Below, piece after piece: positions 11,928-24,778 of a stretch of DNA of 64,000 nt (its first letter is position 1; each line of letters starts with the position of its first letter). The stretch is from the NCBI GenBank assembly GCA_951406725.2, contig OX597834.1:15872001-15936000 (forward strand), read 5' to 3'. The notes beneath the pieces are model-generated. The model did not search any database, had not been told where the DNA came from, and was given only the letters and a program-made list of their open reading frames with translations. This DNA comes from Octopus vulgaris (Eukaryota). The position numbers and the translations under genes are program-made.

Positions 11928-12505
11928 ATATGCATGTATATATATATACACACACACACACATACACACACACACACACATACACATGCATGTATGCATA
12001 TGAAATTGCTTGGAAATCTTTCAAAGTAGCAAAGCAAGTATACTCAACCAGTACAGTCACCATTTTCTCAAAATTATTAATAATTATTCTATTAAATTAC
12101 ATTTGACTACCACAAGACATAGTCTGCTCTTTTCCTACCAAACCAAACACATTTTTTTTTCTCTCTTTTCGTTTTCATGGTGGTGTCTACTTATTCGAGA
12201 CTATTTCTTAATTAAAACATTGTGTCAACAACATGTTTGAAATTTCTCTCCAATCATCTGTCGGTGATCGAACTAAGACAGACATTTAATTCTATTTAAT
12301 GAGTGTATCTAATGTGATTAACGACTGATCTGTTCCTCTCCACAGACTAAATGCTGATGGAGATATATCGTGTGTGTACCAACAACACATGCAAGATGAG
12401 AGAAGAATGCGTCAAAGAAGAGAAACGCACTAAATTGTATTATTTACTTTACACAGACAAAGAAAGTTAGGAATATGAGGAAAGAAAAAAACTTTCTCTC
12501 TATAT

Positions 12506-12692
12506 ACTCTCTTTTACTTGTTTCAGTCATTTGACTGCAGCCATGCTGGAGCACCCGCCTTTAGTCGAGCAAATCGACCCCAGGACGTACTTATTCTATC
12601 GGTCTCTTTTGCCGAACCGCTAAGTGACGGCGACGTAAACACACCAGCATCGGTTGTCAAGCAATGCTAGGGGCACAAACACAGACAAACAA

Positions 12693-12745
<53 letters not shown>

Positions 12746-12906
12746 ACAGGCTTCTTTCAGTTTCCGTCTATCAAATCCACTCACAAGGCTTTGGTCGGCC
12801 CGAGGCTATAGTAGAAGACACTTGCCCAACATGCCACGCAGTGGGACTAAACCCGGAACCATGTGGTTGGTAAGCAAACAACTTACCACACAGCCACTCC
12901 TGCACC
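12506..12906 (-). mobile_element. CORE-type SINE copy
   Basis: Full head, microsatellite and tail structure. Confidence 0.85.
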
Positions 12907-13179
12907 TATATATATATATCATCATCATCGTCGTTGTCGTTTAACGTCCGTTTTCTATGCTGGCATGGGTTGGACGGTTTGTCTGACGGCTGCACCAGGC
13001 TCCAATCTGATCTGGCAAAGTTTCTACAGCTGGATGCCCTTTCTAACACCAACCACTCTGTGAGTTTAGTGGGTGCTGTTTACATGGCACAGGACCAGTC
13101 AGGCGGCATTGGCATCGATTAAGCTTGAATGGTGCTCTTTCTGTGGAACTGGCATCGACCATGCTTGTATGGTGCTTTT

Positions 13180-14300
13180 TTATAAGTCCCTCACTGACTT
13201 AGGCTCTGGGATTGAAATTCCCTGTGGACAGGTGCACACTGTAAGTTTCATATTCAGTTTTGGATGCTGGTAGTGCAGGGCTTGAAATTTTTCAGCATTA
13301 AACTGCATATTATTATCCTTAGCCCATCTGTAAATTGATTCCAACTCCTGCTGCAGGTGTGCAACATCACTGGGGTTCTGTATTTTCTGTGAGACTTTCG
13401 TATCATCTGCATAGCCTGCAAGGGTGGCTATCCGGGCATTTGAGGGCATATCTGAGAGGGCCACTATGAAAAGCAGTGGTCTCAAGACAATGCCCTGTGG
13501 AACACCGCTCACTATTTGTGTGTTCATAGAGGTAGCACCATTAGCCACTACTGCCTGACTTCTATCTTTCAGGAAGTCATGTAACCACTCTCCAAGTTTT
13601 CCAGCTATGCCAAGGTCATGCAGTTTGTTTCATATCATACCATGATTCACCTTGTCAAAAGCTTTTGCAAAATCAAGGTATATTATGTCCACATTTGATT
13701 TGTTGAATAACTGCCTCAACACCCAGTCATAATGTTGTAAGAGCTGGGTGAGGCAGCTGCTACCTGGTCGAAAACTATGCTGGGTATCACTCGGCAAGTT
13801 ATTTTCTTCAAGGATTGCGATTAGTTTCCTTTTGACTATTCATTCCATGACTTTGCTGATGCGTGAAGTCAGAGAGATAGGCCTATAGTTTTTGGCATCT
13901 GCTCTACTTCCCCCTTTATGTATTGGGCATATTATTCCCTCCTTCAGCTTGCTTGACGGTTTGCCATTTGTAAGAAAGCTCTGGAAGAGAATCTGGAGGG
14001 GTTTTGCCAGGGCATACTTACATGATTTGAGGAGGATTGCTGGGAAACCATCAGGACCAGCAGTTGAGTTTGTGTCCACTTCATATAGTAGGACATCTTC
14101 GCTAATGTCAGCGTATTCTATTGTAACAGCCTCGCTGGTTATAGGTGAGGCGGCAAAGAAGTCCACTGGTTCGTTCACTTGTTTGTGTTCCAACGGGGTG
14201 GTAAAGGCACTTTTGAACTTGAAGAGAATCTGGAGGGGTTTTGCCAGGGGATACTTACACAATTTGAGGAGGATTGCTGGGAAACCATCAGGACCAGCAG
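13180..14300 (-). mobile_element. CR1/L2-group LINE reverse transcriptase fragment (degenerate)
   Basis: Motifs [34 protein letters not shown] and YADDTK; frameshifts; internal duplication of about 80 bp at 14220-14300. Confidence 0.9.
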
Positions 14301-14428
14301 GACGTTTTATGCTACACTGTTATTACAAAGGGCCTCCTCTAATATGTGGCACTTGGTCAAGAATGGAGTTTGATATAGCTACTCTCATTTGCACCTCTTG
14401 CCGTGAGGCTGGTTCATCTGGGACATAT

Positions 14429-14462
<34 letters not shown>

Positions 14463-14490
14463 ATATACATATATATATATACATATATAC

Positions 14491-14521
<31 letters not shown>

Positions 14522-14551
14522 CATATATATGTATACATATATATATATACA

Positions 14552-14667
<116 letters not shown>

Positions 14668-14672
14668 GTATG

Positions 14673-14872
14673 TGTGACCGCGTGTGTACTGTTGGCGATT
14701 TTTTTCCTCTGTCTTCCCTTCTCTGGATCTTTCCTTTTCCTATGTTTCTGATGAAGAGCTCCGCTCAAAACGTTAAACCCTCCTTCTTTCCTTAACGTCC
14801 AATAATACTATATTTGTTCCACGTCCTCGTCTTGTTGTGTTTTTTTTGCGCTTTCTTGTTTGGATTAACTAT
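14673..14872 (+). mobile_element. Short Penelope-type element with hammerhead motif (G12 mutated)
   Basis: gttt-CTGATGA-agagctccgctc-AAAAC-GTT-aaac at 14744-14778; flanked by (TA)n. Confidence 0.65.
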
Positions 14873-14898
14873 ATATACATATATATATATACATATAT

Positions 14899-15714
14899 AA
14901 ATACACTGGACCTGGAGGGATTGCAATCCCAGAGGCACAATCAGTGCGAGACGTGGGTATTTACATGAGTGATGATGCAACCTTTCATGTACATGTTGCT
15001 AAATTGGCAATGAAATGTAGGCGGCTGACCGGATGGATTCTTAGAACCTTTAGAACAAGAGACCAGGAAACCATGATGGTCCTCTGGAGGACACTTTGAC
15101 TATTGCTCTCAGCTATGGTCACCATCCAGTGTCAAGTTAATCACAGAACTTGAGGCGATCCAACGAAGCTACATGAAGAAGATAGCCTCTGTGCAGCATA
15201 TAAGCTATTGGGAAAGACTCAAGAGATTGAGACTCTATTCCTTAGAGCGTAGGCGAGAAAGATATGCCATAATATACATCTGGAAGATCCTAAAAGGACT
15301 TGTCCCAAACTTTGGCATCGAGAGTTACACAAATGCCAGAACTGGGCGCCACTGCATAGTGCCAAGGACTCCAAATTTGCCATCAAGATGTAGGACAAGA
15401 TACTGTGATAGCCTGGGCTTCCGAGGCCCACAGCTCTTCAATATCCTCCCAAAGAACCTAAGAGACCTGCATGGGATGGATGCAGATGTCTTTAAAATGA
15501 AACTGGATCTCTTCTTGTCAGGTGTCCCAGATGAACCAACTTCACGGCAGGAGGTGCAGATGAGGGCAGCTGCATCGAACTCTCTCATGCACCAGATGGC
15601 ATTTGCTAAAAAGCATTCGTGAAGTAAAATCATGTAGCAACGCCAAATGGCGGTGCCCCAGCATGGCCACAGCTTGTGAGCTGAAACTAAATAAAATAAA
15701 AATAAAAATAAAAA

Positions 15715-15715
<1 letters not shown>
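14899..15715 (+). mobile_element. CR1/L2-group LINE 3' end (ORF2 C-terminus, 3' UTR and tail)
   Basis: SVRDVGIYMS..DYCSQLWSP..YWERLKRLRLYSLERRRERYAIIYIWKI..AKKHS*, then ggcggtgccccagcatggccacagc..ctgaaac and an A-rich repeat tail. Confidence 0.9.
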
Positions 15716-15745
<30 letters not shown>

Positions 15746-15764
15746 CATATATACACACACACAC

Positions 15765-15795
<31 letters not shown>

Positions 15796-15840
15796 CACAT
15801 ATAAATACATATATATATATATACACACACATATGTATAC

Positions 15841-15876
<36 letters not shown>

Positions 15877-15942
15877 CTATTTATTTTATTTTATCTAGTT
15901 TCAGCTCACGAGCTGTGGCCATGCTGGGGCACCGCCATATAC

Positions 15943-16005
<63 letters not shown>

Positions 16006-16134
16006 CACATATATACATACACACATATATATACATATACATACACACACACACACATATATATACATATACATACACATATATTTATGTATATATGTAT
16101 GTATATTTATATATATATGTATATATATGTATGT

Positions 16135-16605
16135 CAACATTGTATCTTACAAAAAATTGATAATCCCAATTGAAGAGCACAAAATCCACAGAGTTGTCTT
16201 CCCTTACAGGAACTGGATAACTCTTACCCCATTTCCTGTTTTGACATCCATTTAACAAACATCCTGAAATAAACACCACATGGATTTAAATCACGTGGAT
16301 CTTCATCCTCCAAGGTAATTTTTCCAAGGACTATCATTGAACTCAAGATACACAAAGACTTTACAATGTATCCGTGTACCTATTTTTTTATTTTTGTATA
16401 TGTTTATTTTTTTTTTTGCAAAAAAACAATGTAATTTTCTTTTTTCACCCCCTCCTCAATTATAAAAAAATTTTCTTTTCACCTTACAATTCTTGAAAAG
16501 TCGTATTGCGACGAAAACCGGTTGGAGTTAATATTTAAAAAGAAATTTTTTAAAAAATTTTCCATACACCCATTTTCATTAAAATTTACCTTCAATTTTT
16601 CCTTG
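16135..16605 (+). mobile_element. Degenerate Penelope-like 3' fragment with variant hammerhead motif
   Basis: ILK*TPHGF resembles the L.T..P.GLN end of GIY-YIG ORFs. TTGAAAA-GTCG-tattg-CGAC-GAAA-accggtt at about 16493-16523 fits a U3-A8 hammerhead variant. Bounded by (TA)n. Confidence 0.4.
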
Positions 16606-16804
16606 TATACATAGATGTATATATATGTATATATGTATATGTATATCTGTATATATATATATATATACATGTATATATACATATATATACATACACATAT
16701 ATATGTATATATACATATATATATATATACACATACATATATACATACATATATATACATACATACATATATACATACATATATACATATATATACATAT
16801 ATAT

Positions 16805-16853
<49 letters not shown>

Positions 16854-18159
16854 TATATATACTGGATGCTCTTTATGTGGCGCTAGCACTGGCACCATTA
16901 CATGGCAGCTTTTATGTGGTGCCAGCGTGGGTGCTTTTACATGGCACCAGCACAGGGCTCTTACAGGCCAATCCTCTTCAGCGGGATGAGTTGCATTTCA
17001 CATAATCACGTTTTCTCTTTTATTGAAATACGACAGGGCTGACCAATCAGAACATCTTTTTTGTGCTCCAAAGTAGAAAAATAGCTAATTTCTTCTAGAA
17101 AACGTATTCACACACAACACTTAATTCCAGACACTAGTGATCTGGAACTTCTTATAATCCACACTAATTAACACTAACCTATATTTGTTTTATTATTCTT
17201 TTGTTTCAGTTATCAGACTGTGGCCATGCAGGGGTACCAACTTGAATATTTAGTCGAATGGACCATCGCTAGAACTCAGAGTGAAAAGCAGATTTTATGA
17301 TGCCTGTGTGTGAACAACCGAACTACATCGCAGTGAAACACGGCCTGTGGCTGCAGAGGACATGTGAACACTTCAAAGAAACGCAGCCAGTATGCTTATC
17401 CAAGTAAGTGCCTTTTTAAAGATTTTCTGAGACATCAGTGTGTATGATTCAAGGGAAATTTAGTTGTTATTTCTAGTAAATTGATAAACCATTAAATGGC
17501 TCTGTCCCAAAATTGTTAAAAAAAAAATATAGCCACAGCACGTGAGCTGAAACTAGATAAAATAAAAATTTTTTAAAATAGGGCAAAATAAATGGAATTT
17601 GTTTGGTAATGTTATTTCAATCTTCACCTTATTCAGACATATATAAAAAAAAATAACCTATCTTCACATTGATAGCATTTTTCTTGAAAATTAAAATATT
17701 GCCAAAATAAACAAACTGTTAGCTGTCCTTATTATAACTAAGGTACAAAAACCTTTTTAAACAGAAAAATGTATGGGAAAAGGGCAAATTCTGACATTTG
17801 AGTCCCTTCCTAGGAATATTTTTAAGTAGCAGGTATGAATTAGTGAAGTACATTGGTTTGCCTTAAAACTGAAACCTTATGGAAAAGTTCACATACTATA
17901 AAACTACTACATAGACTATTTACATGTTTTTAAGTTACGAAACAATGTCGTGATATTAGAATTTTCTTATTGTTAAGTAAAATTTCCTCAAATTATGTCT
18001 CTGCCATTTAAGACTTGTATATATCAGAGAGGGGAGGAATTACAATAGGAGGGACAATAAAAGTGAAGTCACAGCATTTGGTAACATTTTTATCTTTCTG
18101 ATAAAAGACTTTCTTTTATTTGTGGAGAGCTTAGTTGCTATTTTGTGGATTTGGACTCA

Positions 18160-18465
18160 CTAGAGAGCTTACCTACCTCTCTTAGCTTGTTATACCTTGG
18201 ATTTGAACTCATGGAGTGCTTGCTTGTTTTATTATAGATTTAGATTAATGAAAGAGCTTATCTCTTTTAGTTTACTAATAGCGGGGATTAGGAGTTGCCA
18301 GAGACTTACCTACCTCTCTTAGCTTGTTATACCTTGGATTTGAACTCATGGAGTGCTTGCTTGTTTTATTATAGATTTAGATTAATGAAAGAGCTTATCT
18401 CTTTTAGTTTACTAATAGCGTGGATTAGGAGTTGCCGGAGAGATTACCTACCTTGTCTTAGCTTG
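18160..18465 (+). repeat. Local tandem duplication, unit of about 135 bp
   Basis: cttacctacctctcttagcttgttataccttgg...ttactaatagcg.ggattaggagttgcc occurs twice, plus a partial third. Confidence 0.85.
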
Positions 18466-18807
18466 CTATAACATTGTGCAACACTGTTCTTGTGCTTGGC
18501 TAGCAACTGCTATTTCCAATTTGCTCACCCCTGGCTAATATTTCCATAAAATATTGCTTTTGCTACATTCGTTCAGACCCCTAAGAATCCCTTTCAACAC
18601 ATGGCTGTGGTGCTTCCCAACAACTCCGGCTCCTCATCAGAGATGCACATATTGTCGGCCACTAAGGGACATTCTCAAGTGGTTAAGGTCAAGCAACTGA
18701 CAAGCAAATCCATGGTATTGAGCAGAATATTTGATATAATGATATTTCTGCTCCGGTAACTCAATGCTGAATCTATCTGAAATGTAATATACATACATAT
18801 TTATATG

Positions 18808-18867
<60 letters not shown>

Positions 18868-19299
18868 CATACATATATATATATATATACATACATATAT
18901 ATATATATACATACATATATATATATATACATACATATATATATATATACATACATATATATATATTTACATACATACATATATATATATATACATATAT
19001 ATATACATACATATACATACATATACATACATACATATACATACATATATACATACATATATATACATACATAGATATATACACACATATATATACACAT
19101 ATATATATACACATATATATATATACACAGTTTGAAAACATTGATGTCCAGCAATGAAATATAAGAGATTGTCACCTGAACCAGTAAGGAAAATTTTGAC
19201 CATTCCAATTCAGAAAAAAAAAATAGCAACACACACACACATAAAAAAAAAACACAGATTTTTTTTTTAGTGGGGTAAGAATCAAAACAGAAATAGATG

Positions 19300-19614
19300 G
19301 CGTGTATCTATAGGGAAATATTTATTTTTGGAAAAAATTAAAAAAAAAAAGAAAAGTTACATACAAGCTTTAGGAAGCTTTACAAATAAAAACACAGAAT
19401 AAAATATGTATATAAAAACGAAATTTTTAAAATAAATGTTTTAAAAAAATTCAATTCGCGATCAAAATTTAGAATAATTTCTTTTCTTTTTTTTTCTTTC
19501 TTTATTTATTTAGTTCTCCTCCTCTCCCACAAAATTGTTTCTTTTTAACTTCTGACAATAAAAATTATTAAAAAAAAAACAAAAAAAAAACTGAAGAGCA
19601 ATCAGAATAAAACA

Positions 19615-19663
<49 letters not shown>

Positions 19664-19808
19664 GGAATAAAAATAAAATAAATAAAATTCAATTCGAGTC
19701 AGCTATTCAGGATCAACTTATTAATTACTCCATCTCCACCTGCCAACTTTTTTAAAGATTTACATGAATTTTATAATATATTTTTTTCCTTGTGTGTATG
19801 TGTATACA

Positions 19809-19843
<35 letters not shown>

Positions 19844-20056
19844 GTTATGTATGCGAGTGGGTGTAGTTGTATAGAATCATTTCTCTCTATCCAAAGTTAT
19901 TAATCTTTCTAGATAGGCAGGCAGGCAGGCAGTGGGGGGAAGAAGTAGAAGAAGAAGAAAATACTTTAATCTCTACAGGAGCTGGGAACCAAGAAATGGC
20001 ATTGTTAGAGAACTTTGGCAAATATACATCATTTCTTAACGGTGTCTTCTCTTCGT
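19300..20056 (-). other. Probable 3' UTR of the TAK1-like gene (end uncertain)
   Basis: AU-rich sequence after the stop, with minus-strand AATAAA motifs near 19501-19510 and 19321-19326. Confidence 0.4.
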
Positions 20057-20119
20057 TTAATCTTTCTTAAGCTGCTGAACTTGTTTCCTCAAGTTCTCAG
20101 ACAGTAGCTTCAGATTGTT
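20057..20119 (-). CDS. MAP3K7: TAK1/MAP3K7-like terminal coding exon (NNLKLLSENLRKQVQQLKKD*)
   Basis: Strong acceptor ttttactctcttcctttccag; phase 0; coiled-coil-like peptide ending in TAA at 20057-20059. Confidence 0.8.
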   Translation of the reverse strand, partial: NNLKLLSENLRKQVQQLKKD

Positions 20120-20174
20120 CTGGAAAGGAAGAGAGTAAAATATAAATACACAGAAACCAAAAAAAAAATATATC

Positions 20175-20214
<40 letters not shown>

Positions 20215-20317
20215 TTCAATATGCAAAAAAAAGGGGGGAATATAATTAATTTAATAAAATTAATAAATTTCATCTAGTAGGTTTATCGGTATGGAAAAGA
20301 CCATATTTGGTAAGGAT

Positions 20318-20508
20318 TATAATAATTATAATTAAGGGTTAATTGCAACAAGTTGCTCAAAACCACATACTGAAAATATTAGAAATAGCAGCTAAATTGT
20401 ATCAATACTAATAGCAGAAATAGTATCAATTTAGCTGCTATTTCTAATATTTTCGGTATGTGGTTTTGAGCAACTTGTTGCAATTAACCCTTAATTATAA
20501 TTATTATA
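20318..20508. repeat. Near-perfect inverted repeat, 82-bp arms (20318-20399 and 20427-20508)
   Basis: Arms are reverse complements with a single mismatch (20371 T versus 20455 G). Confidence 0.95.
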
Positions 20509-20654
20509 TAAATATATATATCTCTGTGTGTGTGTGTGTGTGTGTGTATACACATATATGTTTTTTGATAATATATTATTATTAATATTAGGAAATCAAT
20601 ATCAAAACTCCTCTGTAGAAAACCCATCAAATGGAGAAGGGGAGTGGGGGGGGA

Positions 20655-21625
20655 AACACTGAATACTTTTACTAAATTAATAGATTTAAATATCTCTTAT
20701 TTTGTATAAGTAATATTACTGGCCTTATGGGCCAGTGGATAAGGGCGTCTGGTGACAAACAAGGCGTCCGGGTAGATGGAGGTTTCAGTCTCAGGTAGGG
20801 ACTGTGATAGGATCTCATTTTAGTTTAATTTTTTTTTCTGTAAATGGTGAAAAAAAAAAAAAATAACACTGAATACTTTTACAAGGATTGAACCTTTGTC
20901 CCTGGGGTATATGTGTTGCTGTGTTCAAGTCTTTACCCACAAGACCATTGAGACAACTACAAAAACTAGTGTGAAAATAATATATTTAAACCTATCTGAC
21001 TAATGTAATCAATAAAAAATCATTAAAATAGATTTAAATATCCCTTAATTTATATAAGTAGTATTACTGGCCTTATGGGCCAGTGGATAAGGGCGTCTGG
21101 TGACCAAGGCGTCCGGGTAGATGGAGGTTTCAGTCCCAGGTAAGGGACTGTGATATGATAGTATTTTAGTTTTATTTTTTTTTCTGTAAATGGTAAAAAA
21201 AAAAAAAACTGAATAGTTTTACAAGGATTGAACCTTTGTCCAAGGGGTATGTGTGTTGCTGTGTCCAAGTCTTTACCCACAAGACCATTGAGACAACAAC
21301 AAAAACTAGTGTGAAAATGATATATTTAAACCTATAAGTTTAATGTAATCAATAAGAAATCATTAAAATAGATTTAAATATCTTGGTGGCAAACAGTGAG
21401 GTAGATGGAGGTTTCAATCTCAGGTAGGGATTAGTGATATGATTTCATTTAGTTTTATTTTTCTCAAGAGATGTGTTAAAAGGGAGAAGAAAAAAAAACC
21501 ACAATCAGTATGGGCCCAAGATTGATCCTGTGTCCAAGGAGTATGTGTTGCTATGTCTGTATGTCTTTTACCCACAGGACCACTGAGACAATAGCTAGTT
21601 TGAAAATGATATATTTAAATCTTAT
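20655..21625. repeat. Tandem unit of about 345 bp (about 3 copies), each with two convergent tRNA-like heads
   Basis: Plus strand: ggccagtggataagggcgtctgg..ggaggtttcagtc. Minus strand: ggtcttgtgggtaaagacttg..aggttcaatcc. Units bounded by inverted atagatttaaatat / atatttaaacctat. Confidence 0.7.
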
Positions 21626-22772
21626 GTAGCTATTTAATGTGGTGGTGTTCATGGTTTTCTGTGACTTTAGTAATATTTGAGGGGAGAATGTGAAATGCTC
21701 CAGAGCACAACATGCTACCTGATTCAGGAATTGATCTCTCAACCTTAATGATTATAAGCTGAACACCCTAACCACAAGGCCGTGCACTTTCCTGGCAAAG
21801 TCAGTAAAGTGATGGGTTGATTTTCATTTATATCCTGGGTTCAAGTCCAGCTTGACCACAGGTTTACGGGATCAAAATAGACAACTACAGGTACATCTCA
21901 ATTACATCATCTAATTTGTTTTTTAAGAAATTTATGGAAAAAAATAAACCTCAGATTCATTAATTTATCTAACTTTACATCAGTATCATCAGTATTTAAC
22001 ATCCACTTTCCTTGCTGCCATGGGATAGATGGTTTGACAAGAGCTGGCCAGGCAGGGGCCTGCACCAGACTTCTGTGCCTGTTTTGGCATGGTTTTTACA
22101 GCTTGATGCCCTTCCTAAGACCAAACACCCAGCAGAGTGGCCTGAGTGCTTTTCATGTGGCACAAACACAGATGAGGTCAGTTTTGGCATGATTTTTACA
22201 GATTGGATGCCTTTCCAAATGCCAACCACTTTACAGTGTGGACTGGATGCTTTTTACATGGCACAGCAAACATATCTAAAATTTAAAATGTAGGTAAGGG
22301 CACCAGATTTTCTTATTAACCATCATAGACTACCAAGTATGTTAAAGGTTTGAAAGTCAATATGTCCTACCTGTGTTAGCAGTGCTATTAATTCAATTTT
22401 TAAAGTTATCTCTTTAAATGTTCTATAGAAATCAGAGCCAGCACTGATTTTTCTACATCATGTCACACATGAACTCATCTGTGCAAACAATGCAATTGTA
22501 GATAGAAAAAGAGGGAATCGGTTCGATGATACCAAGAAACTTACTTGACTAAAAAATTACTAAAGTGCTACTAAGTTAGATACGTATTTGAGGGGAGAAT
22601 GTGAAATGCCCCAGAGCACAACATGCTACCTGATACAATAGCCTGAGCCAATCTGTGGCTGAAACATATCCAAGCTGTTTATATCTCTCTCTCTAAGTGT
22701 GTGTGTGATTCTCTATGCATATATACCTAGATGTGTGCATACATGAGCAAATAAACCAAACATGTAGGAACA

Positions 22773-22977
22773 TGGACAGACAGTGAGACAGATAGATAGA
22801 TAGATAGATAGACAGATAGATAGATAGATAGACAGACAGGCAGGCAGGCAGGCAGATAGACTGACAGACAGATATACAGGCAGACAGATAGATAGATAGA
22901 TAGATAGACACACAGATAGACAGACAGACAGACAGATAGATAGATAGATAGATAAACAGACACACAGATAGACAGAC

Positions 22978-23012
<35 letters not shown>

Positions 23013-23035
23013 CACAAGGATAGACAGACATATAC

Positions 23036-23068
<33 letters not shown>

Positions 23069-23518
23069 CACACAGATAGACAGACAGACAGATAGATAGA
23101 TAGACACACGGATAGACCGACAGATAGATAGATAGATAGAGACATGGATAGACAGACAGATAGATAGATAGATAGACACAGGGATAGACCGACAGATAGA
23201 TAGATAGATAGAGACATGGATAGACAGACAGATAGATAGATAGACAGATAGATAGATAGATAGACACACGGATAGACAGACAGATAGATAGATAGATAGA
23301 TAGATAGACACACGGATAGACAGACAGATAGATAGATAGATAGACACAAGGATAGACAGACAGACAGATGGATAGATAGACAGATAGATAGATAGATAGA
23401 CACACGGATAGACAGACAGATAGATAGATAGATAGACACAAGGATAGACAGACAGACAGATGGATAGATAGACACACGGATAGATAGACACACGGATAGA
23501 TAGACAGACCAACAGACC
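22773..23518. repeat. (GATA/GACA)n compound microsatellite with higher-order units
   Basis: Read directly from the sequence. Confidence 0.95.
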
Positions 23519-23743
23519 AATGAGTATACATTTAATAGAATTTAAAAGAAGAAAGATCATTTAAACTCTAATACTGAAGAGGAAAATGGAATAGATGTGT
23601 AAAAAATGTATAAACCATTTATCAAAAGAGATGGAAGCTAATAAATTTTTTAAAATATTTTTTTTGCATGTTACATAGTTTTTGGAGTTAAGTCACATGT
23701 CTTTGAACCGATCGCTGTATGTGGAGTGGCGAAGCAAACTTAC

Positions 23744-23822
23744 ATATTCTGCAGTTCGTAGATCCCGTTCCTTTTCACTAATGTATGTGTCTCCAGAGCC
23801 ATAGTCTTCAATTAATTCTTTC
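23744..23822 (-). CDS. MAP3K7: TAK1/MAP3K7-like exon (KELIEDYGSGDTYISEKERDLRTAEY)
   Basis: Acceptor tctttcatattttcag and donor gtaagt; 79 nt, phase 2/0. AA|G completes a Lys codon. KELI corresponds to TAK1 QELV. Confidence 0.85.
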
Positions 23823-24199
23823 CTGAAAATATGAAAGACAATAACAGCAATTAATTATCATCTTAATTAATCACTGATTTGATGAACATCACTTATTAAA
23901 TTTTTACTTCACATTTTTCAGCAACTGGTTGCCACTAGCAAGGACGGCAAGGGAGTGCCTAGAGAACTTGGGCAGAACAAATATGACAAGGGACCATGGA
24001 CACCAATGATGAAGTATTCAAGTTGTTACTAGGACTCTAAGTCAGTGCTTCCCAAAGTATCTGATGTGGTGTACCGGCAGTTTCTTTTTCCACTGTCCCA
24101 GAGACCGGTAATGTTTCTTGGTAATATTAATTTATACCAGAAACAATATATATAATGAATATAATAAAAGTCGACAAAATTTTTTTCATCTTATAAACA

Positions 24200-24355
24200 A
24201 GGAGTGGATGTATGGTAAGTAGCTTGTTTACCAACCACATGGTTCAAGGTTCAGTCCCACTGCGTGATACCTTGGGCAAGTGTCTTCTACTATAGCCTCG
24301 GGCCGAACAAAGCCTTGTGAATGGATTTGATAGACGGAAACTGAAGGAAGCCCGT

Positions 24356-24386
<31 letters not shown>

Positions 24387-24778
24387 GGCGCAGGAGTGGC
24401 TGTGTGGTAAGTAGCTTGTTTACCAACCACATGGTTCCGGGTTCAGTCCCACTGCGTGACACCTTGGACAAGTGTCTTCTACTATAGCCTCAGGCCGAAC
24501 AAAGTCTTGTGAATGGATTTGGTAGACGGAAACTGAAGGAAGCCCATCATATATATATATGTGTGTGTGTGTCTGTGTTTGTCCCCCCAACATCGCTTGA
24601 CAACCGATGCTGGTGTGTTTACGTCCCCGTAACTTAGTGGTTCGGCAAAAGAGACCGATAGCATAAGTACTAGGCTTACAAAGAATAAGTTCTGGGGGTC
24701 GATTTGCCCGACTAAAAGGCGGTGCTCCAGCATGGCCGCAGTCAAATGACTGAAACAAGTAAAAGAGAGAGAGAGAGA
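24200..24778 (+). mobile_element. CORE-type SINE with duplicated head
   Basis: Heads at about 24200 and 24387, separated by (TA)n; tail ends gaaacaagtaaaagag. Confidence 0.85.

Noticed and set aside
22693-23560. 270-aa ORFs on the minus strand
   Set aside because: (GATA/GACA)n repeat, open in all three frames.
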